A DNA stretch of 25,604 bases from a virus. Lineage: Duplodnaviria; Caudoviricetes. This document shows, one piece after another, positions 1-7,170 of this stretch. Below the pieces are notes generated by a model. The model was not told where the DNA came from, ran no database searches, and saw only the letters and a list, made by a program, of their open reading frames with translations. Within the stretch, counting starts at the first letter, position 1. Every line of letters begins with the position of its first letter. The position numbers and the translations under genes were made by a program. The DNA lies in IMG/VR virus record IMGVR_UViG_3300012231_000044, positions 1 through 25,604 of that record; one strand, 5' to 3'.

Positions 1-2
1 AC

Positions 3-701
3 ATCTTCCACGCCCAGGGGAAGATCTACGAGGAGAGCGCGTCCAGGATGTTCAGCGTCCCCCTGGACCGGGTCGACAAGAAGCTCCGGGCGAAGGGGAA
101 GATCGCCGAGCTGGCCCTGGGTTACCAGGGATCCACCGGGTCCCTGATCTCTATGGGCGCCCTCACGATGGGCCTGGAACCGAGAGAGCTCCAGCCCCTG
201 GTCGACGCCTGGAGATATGCGAACCCCAAGATCGTCCAGCTGTGGGAGGACCTGGAGGACTCGGTGATCGAGGCCCTCCTGGATGGCCACAGTAAGCTGG
301 GCCCGCTCCGCTTCATCCACCTGAAGGGGACCCTCTACATCCAGCTACCCAGCGGGCGACGCCTGGCCTACGCCAGCGCCCGCGTGGAGCGATGGCAGGG
401 CCGCCAGACTGTGGGCTTTATGGCCTGGATCCAGGGGAAGTGGCAGAAGGACCGACTCTATGGTGGAAGGATCGCGGAGAACGTGGTCCAGGCCATCGCC
501 AGGGACATCCTGGCGGAGAAGATGCTGATCCTGGACAAGACCGGCTTCCGTATTATCTCCACCATCCACGACGAGATCCTGATGGAGGGGGAGCCTGGCG
601 ATCTGGCCAAGGCCCTGAAGGTTATGGCCTGGCCGGTCGCCTGGGCTCCCGGTCTACCCCTGACCGCGGACGGATTTGAATCACCGTATTTTAAAAAATA
701 A
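3..701 (+). CDS. Family A (Pol I-like) phage DNA polymerase, C-terminal part; 5'-truncated by the window edge
   Basis: Frame is open from position 3 (IFHAQGKIYEESASRMF...). Motif B RAKGKIAELALGYQG, ENVVQAIARD and motif C TIHDE are present. Confidence 0.93.
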   Translation: MFHAQGKIYEESASRMFSVPLDRVDKKLRAKGKIAELALGYQGSTGSLISMGALTMGLEPRELQPLVDAWRYANPKIVQLWEDLEDSVIEALLDGHSKLGPLRFIHLKGTLYIQLPSGRRLAYASARVERWQGRQTVGFMAWIQGKWQKDRLYGGRIAENVVQAIARDILAEKMLILDKTGFRIISTIHDEILMEGEPGDLAKALKVMAWPVAWAPGLPLTADGFESPYFKK

Positions 702-711
702 CCAACCAAGT

Positions 712-1359
712 ATGAACCAAGAACTAGAGCAACTAATCGAGAAGCTGGAAGGACTGAGAGAGGCCGCCAAGCGGGCCCACCTGGAGGACAAGGCGATCGC
801 CTTCGACATCGCTGTGAATAACGCCAAGGCCATGATCAGGAGCCGGCCGGTGGAAGACTTCGGGACCGTCCCCGAAGAACTGAGCGCGATCCTGGACGAG
901 CTCCGGAGAGCCACCGGACGGGCCGAGTCGGTCACCCAGGCCAGCACCCTGAAGGACGTGGCGGCCATGATCCAGGGACGCCTGGCGGAGATCTCCCCCA
1001 GGATGGCAGCCGAGCGCCGGATCCAGGATATGAAGCACCCGACCAAGGTGGAGCTGGAGGACCTGGGTGGACCCAGGAAGACGATCGAGGTCCAGACCGA
1101 CGACGGCCGCCTGAAGGTCGGAAGGCTCAGCCACGAGGAAGCCCAGCTCCACCGCGGCGTCCCCTCCTGGGTGGTGAAGATGATCCGCTTCCTGGTCTTC
1201 ATCCCCCTGGCCTTCGTGGCCTGGGTCATCCTGATCGGATGGCTGGCGGGGGAAGGCGGGACGACCGTCACCGGGCGGATCTGTGCCTCGGTGGCTGGGC
1301 TGATCTGGCTCCTGGTAATCACCGCATACATCCACGAATTTAATCAACGACATCCATGA
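712..1359 (+). CDS. Hypothetical membrane-anchored protein with two C-terminal hydrophobic helices
   Basis: ATG 712 follows an A-rich leader, preferred over track start 676. Hydrophobic stretches FLVFIPLAFVAWVILIGWL and ICASVAGLIWLLVITAYI. ATGA overlap with the next gene. Confidence 0.75.
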   Translation: MNQELEQLIEKLEGLREAAKRAHLEDKAIAFDIAVNNAKAMIRSRPVEDFGTVPEELSAILDELRRATGRAESVTQASTLKDVAAMIQGRLAEISPRMAAERRIQDMKHPTKVELEDLGGPRKTIEVQTDDGRLKVGRLSHEEAQLHRGVPSWVVKMIRFLVFIPLAFVAWVILIGWLAGEGGTTVTGRICASVAGLIWLLVITAYIHEFNQRHP

Positions 1360-3770
1360 ACAAGCTAGACATCGCCGTGGCCCTGGCCCGCGGCCAGAAG
1401 AACATGAAGACCTGGCGCAATAAGCCGATGACCTGGGAGGAGCTGGTCGCCAGGACGGCCGCCGTGAAGCGGACCGCTGAGACGGTCATCGAATACTGGG
1501 CCATGCCTAAGGAGGAGCGGGGCCTGATCAAGACCCAGGCCGGCGGCTACTTCGGCGGCTACCTGACCGGCGGGCTGAGGCGCAAGGGCCAGGTCCTCCA
1601 CCGCCAGCTCCTCACCCTGGACGCTGATCAGGCGGGGGCCGACTTCTGGGACGTCCTGGAGCTGGTCCTCCCTGGGATGGCAGCGGTCGCCTACTCGACC
1701 CACAGCTCCACCAGGGACCGGCCCAGGCTGAGGCTGATCATCCCCCTGAAGACTGTAGTAAGTGAGGAACAATATCAGCCCCTGGCCAGAGCCGTGGCCG
1801 AGCTCCTGGGGATGAACCGCTTCGACGCTACCAGCTACCAGGCGACTCAGCTGATGTACTGGCCCAGCGCCTCGGCCGATGGCCCCTTCGCCTGGGCTGA
1901 ACAGAAGGGCGACTGGCTGGACCCTGAACAGCTCCTGGCCTTCCGCTACCCAGGAGGATGGCAAGATATAAGCGCCTGGCCGATGGGTGACGGGGAACAG
2001 CTGAAAGAATACGAGGGCAAGGCTGGAGAGCTGGCCGCGGATCCGACCCAGAAGCCTGGCTGGATCGGCGCCTTCTGTAGGGCCTACCGGATCGAGGAAG
2101 CGATCGCCACCTTCCTGGGTGATGTCTACCAGGAGGAGGACGATGGCCGCTACACCTACAAGGGTGGCAGCACGACCCACGGCGTGATCCTTTTCGCTGA
2201 TGGCCACGCCAAGAGCTACCACGACACCGACCCGGCGGGCGGTCGGCCTAGGAACGCCTTCGACCTGGTGAGGATCCACCTCTTCGGAGAGCTGGACCTG
2301 AAGGCTGACCTGGACCGGGATCACCCAGGGAGCTGGCCATCCTTCAAGCGGATGGAACAGCTTTGTCTGAACGACGCCGAGGTCCGGGAAGAGTGGAGCC
2401 AGGAAGACCCGGCTGGCTTCTTCCAGGAAGAGGAAGGGGATGAGCCTGGGCTGGTGGATGAAGTGAAGCCACCGACCAAGAAGTGGAGGGGGCTCCTGAA
2501 GATGAACCGCTCCGGCTTCCTGAAGACCCTGAACAACTTCGTCCTGATCCTACAGAACGATCCCAGGCTGAAGGGCCGGCTGAAGTTTAACGAGTTCACC
2601 AGGAAGGGACTGATCGATGGCCGCGGCTTCACCGACGCGGATCTCAGCGACGTGAGGCTGATCATTGAGAAGGACTACAACAACCTGAGCCACAAAGATC
2701 TCACCCAGGAGGCCGTCCAGGTAGTGATGAAGGAGGGCGCCTTCCACCCGGTCCGCGATTACCTGGCAGCGGCCAGGAGATCCTGGGACGGGGAGCGGAG
2801 GCTGGACCGTCTCCTGGTGGACTACCTGGGCGCGGAGGATAATGACTACACGAGAGCCGTGACCAGGACGACCCTGGTGGCAGCGGTCGCCAGGATCCAC
2901 CGCCCTGGGATCAAGTTCGACCACGTCCTGACCCTGGTCGGTCCCCAGGGAGCTGGCAAGTCCACCCTGGTGGCCCGCCTGGGTGGCGCCTGGTACTCCG
3001 ACAGCCTGACCACCGTCCAGGGGAAGGAAGCCGCGGAGCTCCTGGCTGGCTTCTGGCTGATCGAGATGGGAGAGCTGGCCGGTCTACGGAAGCACGAGGC
3101 CGAGATCATAAAGAACTTTATCAGCCGGCCGGAGGACGTCTTCCGGGCCGCCTATGGAAGGAACACCGAGGCCCACCCCAGAGAGTGTATATTTATAGGG
3201 ACCACTAACACCGAGGGCTTCCTGAAGGACGCGACCGGGAACCGCCGCTTCTGGCCGGTCCCTGTCACCGGCGGGAAGACTTCGCTGAACGTCTGGCGGG
3301 ATCTCCGGGAGGCCGACGTCCTCCAGATCTGGGGCGAAGCCGTGGCCGCCTGGGAAGACGGGGAGCCGATCTACCTGGACCGGGAGATGGAACAGAAAGC
3401 CAGGGAGCGCCAGGAGGACCACCACGAGGTCGATGACCGGGCCACCCTGATCCAGGACTACCTGGAGATCCTTCTCCCATCGGGCTGGGACCAGATGGAT
3501 CTGGATGAGCGGATCCGGTGGCTGGATGGCCTGAAGGGGGACGACAGTCTCCAGGCCAGGGGGACGGTCCGGCGCCAGAAAGTTAGCGCGGCGGAGATCT
3601 GGCTGGAATGTTTACGCGGGGCAGCGGAGCGGATGGACAGCAACCGGACCAAGCCGATCCACGATATAATGAAGAAGCTGGAGGGCTGGGAGCGGGCGCC
3701 CTGGATGAAGCGGGGGCCTTACGGTAAGGTAATTACCTACATAAGGGCGGCTAAAACTGGGGAAGCATGA
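1356..3770 (+). CDS. Primase/helicase of the virulence-associated protein E (VirE/VapE) type
   Basis: N-terminal primase-like motifs LTLDAD, YSTHS, RLRLIIPL. VirE-type ATPase with FHPVRDYL, Walker A GPQGAGKST, IEMGEL, FIGTTN, DATGNRRFWP. Confidence 0.9.
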   Translation: MNKLDIAVALARGQKNMKTWRNKPMTWEELVARTAAVKRTAETVIEYWAMPKEERGLIKTQAGGYFGGYLTGGLRRKGQVLHRQLLTLDADQAGADFWDVLELVLPGMAAVAYSTHSSTRDRPRLRLIIPLKTVVSEEQYQPLARAVAELLGMNRFDATSYQATQLMYWPSASADGPFAWAEQKGDWLDPEQLLAFRYPGGWQDISAWPMGDGEQLKEYEGKAGELAADPTQKPGWIGAFCRAYRIEEAIATFLGDVYQEEDDGRYTYKGGSTTHGVILFADGHAKSYHDTDPAGGRPRNAFDLVRIHLFGELDLKADLDRDHPGSWPSFKRMEQLCLNDAEVREEWSQEDPAGFFQEEEGDEPGLVDEVKPPTKKWRGLLKMNRSGFLKTLNNFVLILQNDPRLKGRLKFNEFTRKGLIDGRGFTDADLSDVRLIIEKDYNNLSHKDLTQEAVQVVMKEGAFHPVRDYLAAARRSWDGERRLDRLLVDYLGAEDNDYTRAVTRTTLVAAVARIHRPGIKFDHVLTLVGPQGAGKSTLVARLGGAWYSDSLTTVQGKEAAELLAGFWLIEMGELAGLRKHEAEIIKNFISRPEDVFRAAYGRNTEAHPRECIFIGTTNTEGFLKDATGNRRFWPVPVTGGKTSLNVWRDLREADVLQIWGEAVAAWEDGEPIYLDREMEQKARERQEDHHEVDDRATLIQDYLEILLPSGWDQMDLDERIRWLDGLKGDDSLQARGTVRRQKVSAAEIWLECLRGAAERMDSNRTKPIHDIMKKLEGWERAPWMKRGPYGKVITYIRAAKTGEA

Positions 3771-3990
3771 GCGCGACCCCAGCACCTTCCCCAGGCGCGA
3801 CCCCAGGGGCGTCCCAGGCTGGTGGCGGCTTCCGGGCTATCGGGGAAGGTGGGGAAGCGAATTTATATAGAGGTAGAAATATAATATATAGGGGGGATGG
3901 GCCTGGGGGCGCCCGCGTAATATGTGCACCCGCGTAAGCATTTAGGAAACGCATGGAAAAACGCTACCCCACCAACCCCGCTACCCCAGG
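3727..3990. promoter_or_regulatory. Candidate phage replication origin with short direct and inverted repeats around an AT-rich core
   Basis: Palindrome AGGTAATTACCT 3727-3738; GCGCGACCCCAG x2 (3771, 3795); inverted pair CACCTTCCCC 3783-3792 / GGGGAAGGTG 3842-3851; AT-rich 3859-3890; CCCGCGTAA x2 (3912, 3929); CGCTACCCCA x2 (3962, 3979). Lies directly after the primase/helicase gene. Confidence 0.55.
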
Positions 3991-4008
3991 CAAGAAAAAC
4001 CGACAAAT

Positions 4009-4296
4009 ATGGAGAGCATAGAAAAAAGGATCGAGCAGAAACTAAAGGACGGCGTCAAGCGCCAGGGAGGCCTGGCCCTGAAGCTGTGGCCGATCTCCTT
4101 CACCGGATTACCGGACCGGATGGTCCTGTTACCAGGGGCCAGGATCGACTTCATCGAGCTGAAGGACCTGAAGGAAGGGCCAAGCCCCCGCCAGCTATAC
4201 GTCCACCGCCAGCTCCGGGAGCTGGGCTTCAATGTATTTACTTTAAACACCGACCTAGCGGTCGAGAATTACTTAACATCAATTCAACAATTATGA
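4009..4296 (+). CDS. VRR-NUC domain nuclease (PD-(D/E)xK)
   Basis: GLPDR...FIELK...PRQ motifs, 95 aa, usual position between primase and SNF2 helicase. Confidence 0.9.
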   Translation: MESIEKRIEQKLKDGVKRQGGLALKLWPISFTGLPDRMVLLPGARIDFIELKDLKEGPSPRQLYVHRQLRELGFNVFTLNTDLAVENYLTSIQQL

Positions 4297-4568
4297 GAGC
4301 AATCCAAGTAAGACCAGGGACTCAGTCCATTTACACCGACCAGGCTGACTATGTCGGCGAGATCCGGGGCCAGGACTACCTGAACGAGATCGTCCGCCGC
4401 TTTAATGGCTTCGCCGCCCAGGAAGAACAGCTCCAGGATCTGAAGGATGAGCTGGCCGAGATCAAGCGGGACCGGGATGGCCAGAAGGACAGGATCCAGG
4501 ACCTGGAGCAAGAGGTCGAGGATCTCCAGGGCGAGATCAATGACAGGGAGGTGGACGATGAGATCTAA
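4293..4568 (+). CDS. Hypothetical coiled-coil protein, 91 aa
   Basis: ATGA overlap with the VRR-NUC stop. Acidic heptad-like C-terminal half (LQDLKDELAEIK...IQDLEQEVEDLQGEI). Corresponds to the 3' part of track ORF 3924..4568. Confidence 0.75.
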   Translation: MRAIQVRPGTQSIYTDQADYVGEIRGQDYLNEIVRRFNGFAAQEEQLQDLKDELAEIKRDRDGQKDRIQDLEQEVEDLQGEINDREVDDEI

Positions 4569-5928
4569 AAAGGATCTTCACCCCTACCAGGAGGCCGCGA
4601 TCAGCCACGTCATCAAGAACCCGGCGGCCGGGCTCTTCCTGGATATGGGTCTGGGCAAGACAGCCGCCACCCTGACCGCGATCCAGGAGCTACTTTATGA
4701 CAGGTTTGAAGTCTCCAGGGTCCTGGTGATCGCCCCCAAAAGGGTGGCCAGGGACACCTGGACGGACGAGATCGCCGCCTGGGATCACCTGGCAGATCTG
4801 ACCACCTCCAGGATAATGGGCACAGCGGCCCAACGCCTGGCCGCGATCAAGACCCCGGCCGACATCCACCTGATCAACCGGGAGAACGTCCCCTGGCTGG
4901 TCACTCAGATGGCCAGGACCTGGCCCTGGGATCTGGTGGTGATAGACGAACTGAGCAGCTTCAAGAGCCCCAGCGCCAAGCGCTTCCGGGCACTCAGGAA
5001 GGTCCGCGGCAAGATCTCCAGGGTGATCGGCCTCACGGGAACGCCAGCCCCCAACGGCCTCCTGGATCTGTGGAGCCAGGTCTATCTCCTGGACCAGGGG
5101 GCCAGGCTCGGCCTCACCCTGGGAGAATACCGGAAGGACTTCTTCTTCCCGGCGGCCACCTATGGGATGATCGTCACCAAGTACGGGCTGAGAAGGGGCG
5201 CGGAAGCCCAGATCCACGAGCGGATCGGGGACATCTGTATCAGTATGAAGGCCAGCGACCACCTGGATCTTCCTGGTCGCCTGGACCAGGTCTACCCCGT
5301 CCGCCTGGGGGATGAGTTAACCGAACATTATCGTAAATTCGAGGAGGACTGCGTGATGGAGGTGGAGGGCGAGGAGATCACCGGCGTGAACGCCCTGGCG
5401 ATGTCGACTAAGCTCCTTCAGTTCACCAGCGGGGCGATCTACACCGACCTGGGAGGATGGGGAAGGATCCACGACCACAAGCTGGACGCCCTGGAGGACA
5501 TCTACGAGGCCGCCCTGGGCTCCCCGGTCCTGGTCTTCTACCAATACCGCCACGAGCTGGAGAGGATCCAGGAGCGCTTCCCAGGGGCCAGGGTGATGGA
5601 CTCAGCCCAGGACGTGAAGGACTGGAACACGGGAGAGGTCCCCCTGATGGTGGCCCACCCGGCCAGCGCCGGCCACGGGCTGAACCTCCAGGCGGGCGGT
5701 CACCGGATCGTCTGGTTTACCTTGCCCCGAAGCCTGGAGCTCTACGAGCAAGCCATCCACCGCCTGGATCGCCAGGGCCAGACCAGGGTGGTCGTTAACC
5801 AGATCCTGATGACCAGGGGGACGGTCGAGGATGACCTGGCCCTGGCGCTGACCGCCAAGACCAGAACCCAGGAGAGACTGATGGAAGCCGTGAAGGCCAG
5901 GCTAAAACGTGTAAAGGATGAAGCGTAA
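4558..5928 (+). CDS. SNF2-family (SF2) phage helicase
   Basis: Likely start MRSKKDLHPYQ at 4558. Motifs LDMGLGKT, VIDELS, LTGTP, GHGLNLQ, HRLDRQGQ. Confidence 0.92.
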   Translation: MRSKKDLHPYQEAAISHVIKNPAAGLFLDMGLGKTAATLTAIQELLYDRFEVSRVLVIAPKRVARDTWTDEIAAWDHLADLTTSRIMGTAAQRLAAIKTPADIHLINRENVPWLVTQMARTWPWDLVVIDELSSFKSPSAKRFRALRKVRGKISRVIGLTGTPAPNGLLDLWSQVYLLDQGARLGLTLGEYRKDFFFPAATYGMIVTKYGLRRGAEAQIHERIGDICISMKASDHLDLPGRLDQVYPVRLGDELTEHYRKFEEDCVMEVEGEEITGVNALAMSTKLLQFTSGAIYTDLGGWGRIHDHKLDALEDIYEAALGSPVLVFYQYRHELERIQERFPGARVMDSAQDVKDWNTGEVPLMVAHPASAGHGLNLQAGGHRIVWFTLPRSLELYEQAIHRLDRQGQTRVVVNQILMTRGTVEDDLALALTAKTRTQERLMEAVKARLKRVKDEA

Positions 5929-6124
5929 ATTCACCGCGGTCTTCCAGATCCAGGGGATGGATGAAGAGCGGTCTATCCCGATGGACCTGGCGACTGTGAC
6001 CAACTGGATCACCCAACGTAAAAAAATGTATCGTGAACTACTAGCCAGGCGCCGGTGGAGGCTCTTCCTGGAGACAGAGAGCCGGCCGGACCTGGCTAAA
6101 AAAACTGAAACGTATGAGCAATGA
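5918..6124 (+). CDS. Hypothetical protein, 68 aa
   Basis: Overlaps both neighbours by 11 nt and has an A-rich leader. Confidence 0.6.
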   Translation: MKRKFTAVFQIQGMDEERSIPMDLATVTNWITQRKKMYRELLARRRWRLFLETESRPDLAKKTETYEQ

Positions 6125-6371
6125 GCTATTTATCGCTGGAAGCCTGGAAGAAATCATCGAGGCGAACCCGGAGAAAACCTTCCTTTCGGCGGATGGCCTG
6201 GAGGGCGCTGTTATTGGCTACAAAGGGGAGCGCCTGGTTTATTCTGTGGCGAAGTGTATCGACATCCTGATGGAGGATATGAGTCGGGAGGACGCCCTGG
6301 AATATTTTGACTTTAACACCAGGGACGCCTATGTCGGGGAACAGACCCCGATCTGGATGGAAGACCTATAA
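6114..6371 (+). CDS. Small acidic phage hypothetical protein, 85 aa
   Basis: Pattern ADGLEGAVIG...RLVYS...EDALEYFDFN...AYVGEQTPI resembles a small uncharacterised phage family (recognised from memory, not searched). Confidence 0.75.
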   Translation: MSNELFIAGSLEEIIEANPEKTFLSADGLEGAVIGYKGERLVYSVAKCIDILMEDMSREDALEYFDFNTRDAYVGEQTPIWMEDL

Positions 6372-6402
6372 ACGAAAGGGCCCCGGAGGGAACTCCAGGG
6401 CC
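6371..6402 (-). terminator. Hairpin, probable intrinsic terminator (better on the minus strand, possibly bidirectional)
   Basis: Minus strand GGCCCTGGAG-TTCC-CTCCGGGGCC followed by CTTTCGTTT. The one imperfect pair is U-G on the minus strand but C-A on the plus strand. Confidence 0.6.
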
Positions 6403-6471
6403 GTCTTGTTTGACTTATCGGTCATCCAATACCCATTAACTCAAACTTCTATATCCTAGCGGAAAATACAT

Positions 6472-6495
6472 AAAAAAGCCGGACTTTCGTCCGGC
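6472..6495 (-). terminator. Intrinsic terminator on the minus strand
   Basis: Minus strand GCCGGAC-GAAA-GTCCGGC-TTTTTT: perfect 7-bp stem, GNRA loop, T6 tract. Confidence 0.8.
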
Positions 6496-6523
6496 CACCA
6501 ATTCAACCCAAGTATGACCAAGA
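6472..6523 (-). ncRNA. Candidate ~50-nt small antisense RNA
   Basis: Bounded by a TATTTTTG promoter element (6534-6527) and the terminator at 6495-6472. Its 5' 20 nt are complementary to 703-722, the start region of the ORF at 712. Confidence 0.5.
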
Positions 6524-6526
6524 GGC

Positions 6527-6534
6527 CAAAAATA
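6527..6534 (-). promoter_or_regulatory. Bacteroidota-type -7 promoter element, leftward
   Basis: Minus strand TATTTTTG is an exact match to TAnnTTTG. No convincing -33 TTTG at the expected spacing. Confidence 0.5.
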
Positions 6535-6541
6535 GGGATTA

Positions 6542-6558
6542 ATCAACACTATGTTGAT
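6542..6558. promoter_or_regulatory. Operator-like inverted repeat between divergent promoter elements
   Basis: ATCAACA-CTA-TGTTGAT, perfect 7-bp arms with a 3-bp spacer. Confidence 0.5.
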
Positions 6559-6590
6559 AAAATAACGCTGAATTAATCACATAACCCGCC

Positions 6591-6598
6591 TAATATTG
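6591..6598 (+). promoter_or_regulatory. Candidate late promoter -7 element for the packaging operon
   Basis: TAATATTG (one mismatch to TAnnTTTG), 5 nt before the TerS ATG. Confidence 0.45.
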
Positions 6599-6603
6599 AA
6601 CCG

Positions 6604-7170
6604 ATGACAACAAAGAAGAAGACCGCAACCAAGCCCAAGGCCCCCGCCCAGGCGCCGGAGATCCCGGTCCAGGGTGGAGGGCTGAAGGTCGCCCAGGAAC
6701 CTGGTGAGGTGGTCAAGTGGAGCCCAGCCAACAACCTGACCGACGCGGATCGGGCCAAGGGGCGGGCTGTGGTGGCTGACAAGTCCAACCAGCTAAAGAT
6801 AAAAATGCTGGAGGCGCTAGAGTATAACCTGGGAATCGTCACCCCGGCGGCCGAGATGGCTGGGATCAGGCGGGAGACTCACTACGACTGGATGAAGACC
6901 GACCCGGACTACAAGGCCAAGGTCGAGAGCTTCCAGGACGTCGCCCTGGACTTCGCCGAGCGGAAGCTGATCCAGTCGATCAAGCGGGGATCCGACACCG
7001 CCAATATCTTCTACCTGAAGACCAAGGGCAAGAAGCGGGGCTACATCGAGCGGACCGAGCTGGATATGAGCGGCCAGCTGAATCTTAACTGGAACGAGGT
7101 AAAAAACTATAATGGAGCTAACGATCAAGCAGACGACCGGGATCGACATATTACAGGACCGGAAGACTAG
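6604..7170 (+). CDS. Terminase small subunit
   Basis: HTH-like segment (NLGIVTPAAEMAGIRRETHYDW), IFYLKTKGKKRGY, directly upstream of and overlapping TerL. Confidence 0.8.
   Translation: MTTKKKTATKPKAPAQAPEIPVQGGGLKVAQEPGEVVKWSPANNLTDADRAKGRAVVADKSNQLKIKMLEALEYNLGIVTPAAEMAGIRRETHYDWMKTDPDYKAKVESFQDVALDFAERKLIQSIKRGSDTANIFYLKTKGKKRGYIERTELDMSGQLNLNWNEVKNYNGANDQADDRDRHITGPED

Noticed and set aside
3771-3990. Possible CRISPR-like array
   Set aside because: Repeats are 9-12 bp, differ from pair to pair and lack regular spacers.
3924-4292. N-terminal part of track ORF 3924..4568
   Set aside because: Overlaps VRR-NUC in another frame; the ATGA-coupled start at 4293 fits better.
6514-6576. 20-codon plus-strand mini-ORF MTKRPKIGINQHYVDKITLN
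   Set aside because: It crosses the operator-like palindrome and has atypical codon usage. Not called as a CDS, but kept as the alternative explanation for the antisense finding.
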